A stretch of DNA of 64,000 nt, taken from contig CAJFCJ010000022.1 in assembly GCA_904063045.1 (NCBI GenBank), positions 682,001 through 746,000 on the forward strand, given 5' to 3'. Source of the stretch: Dimorphilus gyrociliatus. Its lineage: Eukaryota; Animalia; Annelida. Made by a program: the position numbers and the translations under genes. Below the pieces are notes generated by a model. The model was not told where the DNA came from. It worked only from the letters and a program-made list of their open reading frames with translations, and ran no database searches. Shown here in pieces: positions 50,947 through 62,859 of the stretch (position 1 is its first letter; each line of letters begins with the position of its first letter).

Positions 50947-53900
50947 GTCTTTCCTTCTCCCCGTTCCTACATCCTCCTCTTTCTGGTCAGGGGAATGAGA
51001 GAGGCTCTGAGAGCAAGAGAAACTAAAGAGTATTAAATAGAAACTGCGTGCAGTGAAGTACAATGAACTTGTTGGCGATTATCTCATAATCAGAGTTATA
51101 AAATATGATTATTTAAGAGAATTATGGTCCATATCAATTTTTAAACAATCACTTGCTTAATGATAATTGAAAAAGGAAATGGTAAAGTGATTGATCGCAA
51201 AAAAATTCCTTTTTCATTAAGCACCGTAATAAAAGCTATAAATGTCGTCTGGAACTAGGCTCTGATCGCGTGACGACATTTAAACACAAATTTCTTCCAT
51301 ATTCCTCATTTACATATGCTCTAAATGTACGTAAAGTGGACATGCAAAAGTAATTTGTACTAAGAGTTGAATATTAAAGGGGATAATAACCTCATTTATC
51401 CCGGATCACGTTCCATTTTTTTTCTCTTTTGCTCTCTTATACTTTACGCTAAGCAACTCAGCTCAACTCTTGCTATTCAACAGTCTTCTTCGCGCTGTTC
51501 AGACAGCGTTTACTTTATTCAATTCCGCCCTATATGTTTCTTTTTATTTCACTCATTAAATACCATAAAAAATACAGGCGCAGTGTTTTACTGTCAGGGA
51601 CCGTGTGCATTTATCCTAAATCTGCTATAGATCAATATCACTTAATCACCGTTCCCCTCGGGTAAAGTTTTTCCTATAATTGCGCAGGGGAAAATGGCAA
51701 AACTATAAAGGTAAAGAGAGTGATTGAGAGAAATAGGGAGTGAGTGAGAGAGAGAGAGAGAGACACAAGAGTTTGGATGGAGAGATTGCAACAAAGTGTC
51801 TAAACAAATAAACAAACTAAACACACTAGTGGGAGGAAAAACGTATGAAAAATGTTGCCACCCACTTTTTATCCAAATGAAAATATTAATTAGTTTATAA
51901 AAAATTCAAAATAATAGACTATCAATCACTTATCCAATTTTCGCAACCCTCAGAGGTGACCTCCTCCTAGAGGCAGGGGTCATTTTTACCTTATAAATAT
52001 TCTATATACTCCAACTAGACGCTCTCTCTCTCTCTCTCTCTCTCGCTCTCCTCTCTTAAAACACCTGATAATGTATAATAATCCACCACTGGTACTCACA
52101 GTCTAAGTGCGCCTTACGTAACTTCTGTCCATCCTCTGCATGGCAAAGAGAATATAAAGTGACGCCGTTCATCTCGTCTACGCTCATGTCCATCAAGTCG
52201 GCTATTCTTGGTTCAACGTATGTTACTTGAAAACCTTGATTTAAGCGGCTGACGAACATGTCCGAGTCCAAAGGTAATTCGTTGACTGTGGGAGGAGGTA
52301 GAGCTATAGCCATTCCCACAATTCCTAATAAGGGTCTCTGTGATGCCTTTCTAGGTAATGAGAAAGTGAACTGGTGTCTAAGGCGAGTAAGAATTTGAAC
52401 GACCCTATTATTTGGACAAAAAAAAAAGACTCGTAAGATAATTGTTGAATGATTAGTTACTGCATTTTTTGGCCTACCTGTAACCGTTACTCTTAACATG
52501 AACGCCTCTCTTCGTTAGCGTCGACTTCATTCGAACGCAAAAGGAACGTTCGCTGGAACGCTTAGTTATTGTTTGTCCGACGATAGCCGTCGCTGTAGAC
52601 AAAAAACGATCCATCAAAAGGGTAAATCTCTATCCAGGGCATTCACTTTGTATTATTCGAAATCTCGGAAAGGAGAGAGAGAAGAGACAAAATATGCGTA
52701 AAGGCGTAGAAAGACTATACTATCTAAATCTCTTCTTTTCTCTCCTTCTTTCATTTTCTTATCATTTATCATGCACCCCCCTTTCTGCCTTAGATTATTC
52801 GACCAAGTTTATTGATTTACACTGACGTAAAGAGAGAACTATTAAGAAAGGAAGAAAGAAGAAAAGAGGCAAAGAAGAAAGGAAAAAAAGGTTTATTTTA
52901 GGATTTTCCCTTCTCTGAAAGAAAAAAAACGAAAAAGAAAAGCGTTACAGTTAAATAATGCCTCCTACAACTATCCTACACCGACGTAAAATAGAACGAT
53001 TGCTTTATCAGCGACGCTCTAGCGATATGACAGATGAGCTAATTAAATGATGTGTACAGTTAGCGGGGGCGGCCGACTTTCGTTGACCCGCGTCCGGTCG
53101 GCTGGACGTCAGGGGCGTCTAGTGCGTCTATTGTAGATGCCCTGAGCGGACAAGGCTGCCCCTAGGGCTGTTTGTCGTCACGCCTTTGACTGAGAACACG
53201 GTTATGACGCCGAGTTTTTTATTGGCCTTTACTCCTCTCAATCAGTAAACGACTATAAAATGGAAACATTACGTATACACTATCTAGTCGACGTCCAATT
53301 CCGCCTATTTACTCCAAATAACGACTGTCTTTATTAGATATGCAGTAAAGGAGATAGCATATTATACATTACTCATGTTTCTCCAGGACAAAAGGGGTCA
53401 GATCAAGATAAGAAAATACGGTATTTCTATACCAGTATATACAGTATATATATTATCTAGACTAAAAACTCTCGTTTAGAATCTAACGTCGTCGTGGAGC
53501 GTCAACTCTAGACGCTCCGTGCCGAGAATTAGCAAAAGCGACGGCCATTAAGCGTGATTACTTACCTTTGTCGGCGGGCGTCGGTGACGTCCTTTCGTCA
53601 CCGTTTCTGGGCGACGGCAAGGAGACTCCATTCGGTGCGCATAAACCTAATTGTTCGGCCACCTCCTGCTGATCGGCTTGGTGAATATAGTCGAAAAAGT
53701 TACTTCCGGTCATCTCAACCTATTTTAAAAAGCAAGCGAAAAAATAAGCAACCGTAATAAACAAAAAAAATATAGGGTTAAACAAACAACTTTTGTAGTT
53801 GTCGACCGTAGGTCATCTAGACCAGCAACAGGCGGAACGACGCGTCACGCAGGCGTCACATCGTTACGAGCCTCGTGACGCCCGTAAAACGTTGCTTATC

Positions 53901-56900
53901 TGAGGCGCGAGTTCGGCGAGCGGCAACAAAGAGACGTCTATTACGTTCGCCGCCGTCATTATGGACAGGAGACGCCCCGAGAGACGCCGCAGGAAATAAG
54001 AGCATTAAGCGGCGTCTCGGGCTTGTTTGTGTCAACAACTTCGTGTTGCAAGGGGTCAAATTGTTTTTTTTTTTTCTTACCTGAGAGAGGCCTAAATAAA
54101 TTGAGACGGTTTCCGAAATGTAAAGGAAGCGGCCGTCTGTTGTGAGGGCAAAGGCGAAGCCGTCAAGGCTCTGTTCAAATAAAAAAGAAAGATGATTAAA
54201 TATCCTCGAAAATACGGTCAGTCGAATTAACAAAACAAACAAAGAAGAGCGTATTGTCAATAAAACAAACAGAACAAAAACGGATAGTATGATAGTGGAG
54301 AAGGATAAGAATGAGAAGGAGAAAGAGAAGGAGAAAGGAGGGACGAGAGAGGAGAAAAAGGGGGAAAAAATTGAAACTGTTTCAATAATTACTGTCGTTG
54401 TTGCACAAATAATAAATGATAATGAAAGAAAAGGTTTTTTTTAGAAAATCTTCTGGAAAATGACTAATTCTTCTCTTTTTTCTCCAAATTATACTCAATC
54501 ATAGTTTACTTAATGCAGATGGAATAGTTTTGTAATGGCCAGAGAAAGGCCGAATGAAAAAGGCATCTTATAAACTGCCAGCTCTTTACGCCCTTTATCT
54601 TCAGCCAGATTTTTAATTTCCATCATATTCTCTGTCCAGATTTTACAGGATGATGACATTATGACCCCGGCCATCCCCTCTTTTCATAACTTACATCCGG
54701 TCGTTACAGAGGATTAGCGCACCTTATCAGCGCTGTCCTTTCATCTCATCCGTCCGTCTTGTGTACACATGAAACGCCGGACCGTCACGCTTGATCGACG
54801 CTTTTTTCGATTTGCGTCACCGACTTTGATTTACGACGTCAGCTGCCCGCAACGCTATTGACAGTAGTGTCCAGTTCGGGGCGCAAGATCGCTATCTTTC
54901 ACCAACTGCATTTCTATACGTACTCGACCGCAATTTTTTACCAGCCAGCTCCAATCTATATGTATATTTTTTCCGCTTTCCACCCTCATTTTTTCTTTAC
55001 CCTTTGCTTTTTTCCCTACTGTCCACTCATTTCTTATTCTCCCTTATTTCTCTTATTTCACTTTTGTGAAAATATAATATACAGAGCGTCACTTCTCTTC
55101 TCATATTGAGTATCTATTTCTTTCTTTAATATTCCTATCAACCATTTCATTTTTTATTCATCTATTCCATCGCTAGATATTTTATACTCTCTTTTTCCTT
55201 ATGATTCCTCTTCTTCCTCTTTTTTATCATTCCTTTTCCCTCCTTCCTTCCTCTTCCAAACCCCTAATTTCCAGTTCACTCACTATCCCCTCTCCGTCTT
55301 CCCCTCTATTTTTCAGTGCTATATCGGTCTTTCAACCTTTCCCCTCCTCTTAACCCCTCCCTAAAAAACGCACTCGAACCCTTAAATAACTATGATTAAC
55401 TACAATAATCCTATATCCCCTTTAACGACCGGATTGTCGAAAACTTGTATGTGCAGTTGTTGCATTTTTTTTGCAGTATATTGTTGCAGATTAACCTAAG
55501 ATGAAAAACGGGCGAGGAGTTGGCGCTGATAAAGTGCCCTAATCCTAGTTCCATAATGACTGCTTTCTAATAAAAGTCCCTGTGGGAAAAAAATGAGCAC
55601 TGCAATTTTGCAATTTTGTTTTGCTGTTTATCCTCAGATGCTGGTAAGGACAAGGGGGTGAAGAGGCTGATTAGAGAAGAGTTTGAAGAGAAGAAGAGGA
55701 GGAGGAGGAGGAAGAAGATCGAAGATTTTGATAATTTAATAGTTAATTTTTTTCAACTATTAAATATTTTGTATCAACAAACGAATGAAAATAATAATAA
55801 TAGAGACTTTAATAATGGAATTATTATTAAAGAGATGCCAAAATGAGAGAAGACAGATTTCTGTTTTCATCTTTCTCTATTAAAAACTATCTCATAACCA
55901 TTCGGTATGTTTCCTCAATAATTAATTAGTAATTGATTAATTAATTAATTACACTATTAAATTCTCAATCCACAGAAATCCAAGGGGTATATACGTAACA
56001 GAATGGGTATATGTATCCATTTTCATCCTTGTCCTTCTCCTCCTCATTCACATTCTCCTCATCATTTGCTCCATCGTCAAACTCATCCCCTCGTCTGCTT
56101 CTCTATTTTCATTTGCTCCTCCATTTCTTTTCCGTGGCTTGAAGAACATCTAAGAATGTATAGATAGTACAATTCTTATCTTTTGCCTTATTCTCTTAGG
56201 ATTGCCCAATTTAAAATTCTCTTTTTTTTTCAAAGCTTTTAGTCAGAGTATACCCCTCTTCTTCTCGTACAGGCCTATATAATAGAACATCTGTCCGACA
56301 TGGCGTTCCTTTTCCGATTCGATTACGTCGCTCATTAGACGCCCGTCGACGTTCGTTTCTCGGGAGACGTCGCTGACGAAGACAATGTCCAGGCAAGGAC
56401 TCTTATAAATAAAAAATAGACTTTCATGCAAGTTTTTTCAGCATTGACTTTTCGCGGCAAAAAATTTATTCAGAGGGCGTCTACGGGGCGGTAACGCGAC
56501 TAGTCGTCGAGCGGATTGCGTTCGCCCTTCGTGACCTTGACCTTTTGATTTTCGACGCCTTTTCTTGTTTAGCGGTCGCAAATATTTGGAACAGCGTGAA
56601 ATTAGAAAATATCTGCCATAAGACAAAAGATGTAAGACGGAGAAGGAAGAAGCCAAAGTAGGCAAACAGATAAATGAACTTTAGAACAAACAAACAAACA
56701 TTTCGATGACGATTATTAAAGTAAACATAAACAATAAGAAGATAAAAAGTACGAAAATGACAGTAGAGAATAGGTAAACAAACAAGACAACTAAATAATA
56801 ACGAAGACTAAATGACTAAGAAAAAAGTATATACCTGTAAAATATGAGTTCCCTGTTGCAAGTCGAAAGTTTCAATACCTAAACTTCTATTTCGGCGTCC

Positions 56901-59516
56901 CTGAACTGAGGCTGACGAATGGAAAAACAAATGAAATCCCTAAATAAAACGAATGTTTCAAAACATCTACAGTATATATACAACTTATAACCAGCCACAT
57001 TGGAGAAGATGTAGACAGTCTTTAATTGAATGGGATAAGAAAAAGAAGGATATAAAAAGAAACGACTACCGACTTAAGAAGAGAATAAGCGTTGTAAAAC
57101 GGTATTATTAAATGGACTATAAAAAAGAAAGAGTAGTCCGTACGTACTCTTTTTTTTTTATATATATAAATTTTATAGATGTATATAGACCATTTAAATC
57201 TGTGTAGACGCAGGAACATAGATAGATGCGCTGCATTTTCACATATAGATATATATGGGAATATATCTGAATGGATAGCAATAAACTAATTTAGTTGACG
57301 GATAGTTGTAAAAAGAAAGCAGTGTTTTCGTCAACCGACGCTACTCTCTCTCTCTCTCTCGCGCGCGCGCTTTGAAGAGAGAGAGAGAGAGAAGAAAGAA
57401 GCGAGGATAGCGGATGAAAAGAAGAAAAAGTACACTGCATTAACTAAAAATAAATTGGCATCATTCTGAAAATTGAATGGAATAAAATCCATAATAAATA
57501 AAATTTATTTAAAGAACGAGCCGCTTTTTATACAACAGTTCAAAAGGACCGACTTTTCTCGCCTAATCACTGGCCTACAGTCCGCTCACCGCGTTAAGGT
57601 CTATGTAAATTTTTTTCCATTCTTTCTCGTTCGGGGAGGTTTTCTGTTTTGTTTTCGTTCTAAGTATTTTTATTGCTGTTGCGTCCGGGGTGGGCGCGCT
57701 TGATTTACGCCGCATTACGACTAACGACCGAAAATGAATGTCAACGGACGCACGGATTAGTTTTTTTCTTATCCTCATAAAAAAAGAGGACAAACCTTGA
57801 CCTTCGGGGCTCGTTTACAACATTACTTCCAATCTAAAAGACAAACCTTTCTTACATCCTTCGCTCGTCCATGGCGGATCGCCATGGGCAGAGAAGTCGC
57901 GTAACTTTAAGTAAGAGATCGTCAAACGGATTATAGACGCCTTATCGAGTTGAGATGTAATGGCGCCCGGAAGCGGAAGCATTTTAGCCAATTCATAAAA
58001 TTCGTAGTTTTCCTTTCCCCTTCTCGACCTAGCAGCATCCCTCGATTTTTCCTTGCGTAACTCCAAAATACTAGGATGAATAGAGTAAATAGTTAAATTT
58101 TACGAAGAAAGAGAAAAAAGTATGGGAATGACAATTGAACGAGAGAAGAGACCAGAGATAGGAGGCCAAAAAAAAACCATTCAATTTTTAAAGCGGAAAG
58201 AACGAGAAAGAAAGAGAGAGAGAGAGAGAGAGAGAAAAGAAATAACTAATAATAAATAACATTGGCACTTCCTCGTTCTAATTGAAAATTCGTCATGTTT
58301 ATAACGACTGTTTGTGACTTTGACAAAGACGACGACAATACATCATGTTTTTTTTTTTTTTAAAGCACTTCCGATTTTTCTGTAATGGACATTTTTATTT
58401 TACGACTGGTGTATTTGACATTGAAAAAAAATATACGTGGGTGGTATTCTTCAAAATATATAAATATAACTTTATATATATATCTTTATATGATAATAAT
58501 AAAATTCTTTTTTCTATTTTTAAACATTCTCATTTCTCTCTCTCTCTCTCTCTCAATATAGATTACATGCGTTTTGAACACTTATTTATATCCTACTCTA
58601 ACCCATTATCTATATACATATCTCCTTATATATCTCCTTATTTATCTCACCATCCATCTATACTTCCATCCATCTTTTTTTTCGTTTCTTCCTATTCTCT
58701 CTTTCTATCTGTCTATCTATCTCCCTCCCTCCCTCCCTCGCTCCCTCCCTACTTCGCCAAGTCATTTCTTAAAAAAACACCAGAAAGTAACTATTTAATT
58801 GGCTTCTAAACCATTTTAGATCGTCTTAACTTGCTTAATAATAAATAAACAGCTGTTTTTGACTGTTGCTGACAAGGAGAACGCGATAAGAATGTCCATT
58901 TGTAATTATAGGCTTTTACGCTATCTCAAGTAGTGCAAACTTAATTTTTTCTCTAGAAAATTATTTCTAACTACTGTTTCTGACAAGAAAACGTGAGTCG
59001 AATCCTACGTGGCCAATTTAAATTATTTCCTCCCTTACTTTTCCTTCTTATCCCAACATAAAACGCCGCCTAACGCAAACAAATTAATATTTTTTCCTCA
59101 ATGTTCTTAGCGCTCTTTTAAATCAAAAACCCGACACCTTGATAATGTTTCCCTTTCTTTCTTTTTTTTTCCTCGTGTAGTTCTTCCTCTCTTTCTTTTT
59201 CGTCTCTTCCTCCCCGTCCTCCATTTTCTCGTGTCGAATCATAACATTTGCGTTATTCGAAACGTTAACAGTGCAATCGTCATATTTTGCCAAATTAACA
59301 ACTTCAAACAAATATATGCAAATACGTCAAATACCCTATACACATTGCACTGATTCCTTATGGTTATAAAGAAAAACCTTAAATAAACTCTCTTTCTACA
59401 AAAACTTTAAGGTTTCAATTTTAAAAATATTCATAACGTTTCCGTTGTCTTTTTTGTCCTACCAATAGAAATTCCTATGTCTATTTGTTTTCCTATCTAT
59501 TTATCCTTTTTTCCTC

Positions 59517-59548
<32 letters not shown>

Positions 59549-60150
59549 TATCCCAGGTGTTTTCTTCTTCTTCTCCCCCTCCCCCTTTTCTCTTATTCGT
59601 ACAAGTCTAGATATTTTTGAACTATTTATCGCTTTAAGAATATCTCCTTAAATCTCTCCTTCTCGTTTTCTTCCCTATCCATTCATTCATCTATCTTACT
59701 ATCTGTCTGTCGGTTTGTCTCGTTTTTTCGCTCTTTCTATCCTTCTTCCATTCTTCTAGCTCACATTTTTGACTGCCTATTCATTTTCGTTTATTTTCTC
59801 GCTAACCGAAAAAGTCTATAAAGCTGTCTTTCTTTCTTTCTTTCTTTCTATTTTTTTCTCTTCTTCTCTGAACCCGAAGGCTGATTTTGGCCTTTTTTGG
59901 GAACGTAAAGTATAAACGAAGCGCTCCGTTAAGATCTCCTTCGAAAATCCTCGATTGACAGCGCGAATGCGTAAGATTCTGATAAGGACAAAATTTTCAC
60001 AAACCCGTCGAAATTCGTTAAAGCCGGTGCTGGATGCTGGAAAACTTGCGATGGAGCATGATGAAGCATATGATGGCTATGGTGATGATGATGATGATGA
60101 TGATGCATTGCAGCGGCCGCCGCTATACCGTATTCACACAACGACGACAT
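49238..60150 (-). CDS. trh: bHLH-PAS transcription factor trachealess / NPAS1-NPAS3 orthologue, ~659 aa. Exons 60150-60005, 58070-57847, 56911-56835, 54170-54081, 53719-53566, 52592-52478, 52404-52100, 50286-50139, 50077-49932, 49812-49238
   Basis: b[109 protein letters not shown]...[29 protein letters not shown]...[10 protein letters not shown]. Ten exons sum to 1980 nt with consistent phases. Confidence 0.94.
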
Positions 60151-60244
60151 TCTATAGCCTTATAACTGAAAAACTCCTCTACTCCTGCCCACTCTTCATT
60201 ACGTATGCCACACCAATAGCCACTCAGCAAGGCAAATAAAGCGG

Positions 60245-60260
60245 CCACCAGGAGGCGCTA
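60245..60260 (+). promoter_or_regulatory. CTCF-like site just upstream of the trh start codon
   Basis: CCACCAGGAGGCGCTA closely matches the CTCF core consensus CCASYAGRKGGCRS. Motif match only. Confidence 0.45.
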
Positions 60261-60518
60261 ATTGCCAGACACTATATTTTACAATTTTTTCCGTCTCATA
60301 GACATTTATATATGTTCTTTAATGTTTCGTTATGTAACGTAAATTAATATCCTTCTAAATTATTGTAAAACAAGTTCCTTTGAAATTAATACGCCTATTT
60401 TTCCGATAAAAAGCCTATTAAATTTTGTAGAAAAAAAAAATCTACATTTTTCATGCATTCAACATTTTCCAACATTAATTTCACATTATTTATTTTACTT
60501 TCTCTCTCTCCTCGCCCT

Positions 60519-60561
<43 letters not shown>

Positions 60562-61286
60562 GTTAATTAGTCAATTTCTTCTTTCGTTCTCCCTACTCCT
60601 CCCTCTCTTCCTCCTCCTCATTCCTCACTAAAACCAGTTTTCTGTAATGATGCTTATCTTCTTCAGCTCATTTCTTCGTTAATTAATTACTCGTCCGTTA
60701 CTCTATTAAAATCCCAAATTGTCTTCTTTCGATCTTCCCACTCCTCCCTCTAAATGCAACTTTTTATTTCTCTTCTTTCTCTATTCCCAACTAGAAATGT
60801 TATTTTTTTCTTGGCAAACTTGAATTTATTCTCATCACACGCTCGCGAACCTCATCTCCTATTCCGACTACTGTTACAACTTGTAAATTAGACGGTCGGC
60901 CGTCTCTTAATTCATCTTGCAAATCTTTCAAGTTATTGAACTAGATTTGGGAAAAATAGAAGAGGCTGCATTCTAAACTAGGTTGACCCAATATAGGCAC
61001 TCGTATTTTATATGCTTATAACGAGGCGTCGATAGAAATCATTTAATTACACCCAACTTTATCATGATTTATAGCTCTGACAAAATCGTTCATTTTGCCC
61101 ACTTTATTATTATCTTTAATTTCCGTTTCCTGGGCAAAATTTTACCCCTTTACCCTGTTTCTTTATATTTTTTCCTCCATAGATGTCAATGTTCAATCAA
61201 TTACAAACAACGCTAATGACATCTGTTTTCATTTCGTTTCTCCCTTTCATCCACTTGACATTTCTAATACTTTTTGTTGTTAGTTT

Positions 61287-61317
<31 letters not shown>

Positions 61318-61779
61318 ATCAACATCAACAACATCATCATCGCTATTGTCTTAGTCAATGTACTCTTATTCTCTGCGTAAGACGACTCTAGAATGAAATT
61401 GCTATCGTAAAAACACGCTTTCTAATTTATCGAAGGGCGAGTATGTTTCTCCCTATTGCTTTTCTCTGACTGACCAAATCTATTAAAAATTCTCAGACAA
61501 GTCGAGTAGATAACAAGATGAAAAAAAGTAACGCGTAAACGCCTGGCAAGCTTTACACTAGTTGGCGATGCATAACGTCTCGCCAGATTGTACAAACAGG
61601 GCAAACTTCTCCGTAAAATGATGTCGTGCTCGAGTTGGACATATAATTGCTTACGTAAACTATTCGTTGTCGGTGGCACGACCGTATCATTGTTACAACT
61701 CTCGTTACGCAACGCTAGAGGGTCGCGCATTTTTTTATCCGTATTATACGCATTCGCTGCCCGATTTTAGGGATAGAGA

Positions 61780-61794
61780 GGCGCCATCTGACGG
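61780..61794 (-). promoter_or_regulatory. CTCF-like site upstream of trh
   Basis: CCGTCAGATGGCGCC on the minus strand. Motif match only. Confidence 0.35.
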
Positions 61795-62814
61795 ATCCCG
61801 ATTTGTTCTTTCCCTACAGATCAAATTTAATAGAAATTAAGAGTATGATGAGAAAAACGACGTCACTGGCCGTCTGCTAAGAGTTTTCTCTCTCTTTCAT
61901 CGTTTATTTTATTCTTTTTGACAAATTGTACAATTTATCCGTATTTAGACAAATTCCCTTATCCTCTTACAGTGCGCATGCGCAGCAAATGTTTTACAAG
62001 ATTAACTTTTAAGCAAGTTTAGATGTATAAAGGAGAATTTAAGCTTGTAGACATAGAGAAGAGACGATTAAATGTGTGAAAATTGAGCGAAATTATATCC
62101 AGACATGAATAATGTATACTATGTAACCTTTTTATTTGAAAAAATCCAATTATATAAACTCTAAATAGCTGCGCCTCCGACATAATTACGAATACTTTGA
62201 CAGTCATTCAGCAATGGTAAATATCAATAGCCAAAAGAACACCCTCCTAATTAGGGCTATGCACAGCCATTTTCTCACAATAACCACCCAACAAATGACA
62301 AACACAATCTCAATCTGCTTTTAGTTTAATTCAATTTGCCGAGAGCTTAGAGGGAATGGCTCTCCTATCACACAGAGAAGGGGAGAGACAGAAAGAGAAA
62401 GCATAGTTGATAAAGATAGATGAACTGATAGATTTAGAGTAAAGTAGACAAATAGCCAAACAAGCCAACTAACAAACTATCTTCTTGAAACAAATCTAAC
62501 CAAATTATTTCATTGATTTTGTTTTAGCATTAAATTCATAACAAATTGTAGAAAGAGAAAAAGAGAGAAAAGATTGAGAATAATAATAATAATAATAATA
62601 GTAATAATAATGATAATTAACTAATATTAATAATAACCAGACTAATTACAAAAACAACAACAATAAAACAAAAAACATTAAACAAACCATGAATGTCTTT
62701 GACATCTATCGTCGTAGGTTGATTGAGGATAGTGGACAAATTGAGGACCGTAATAGCCGTCCGTATACATTATTTATATTTCTCTTTCTCTTGCCCGCTC
62801 CTTCACTCACTCAC

Positions 62815-62859
<45 letters not shown>

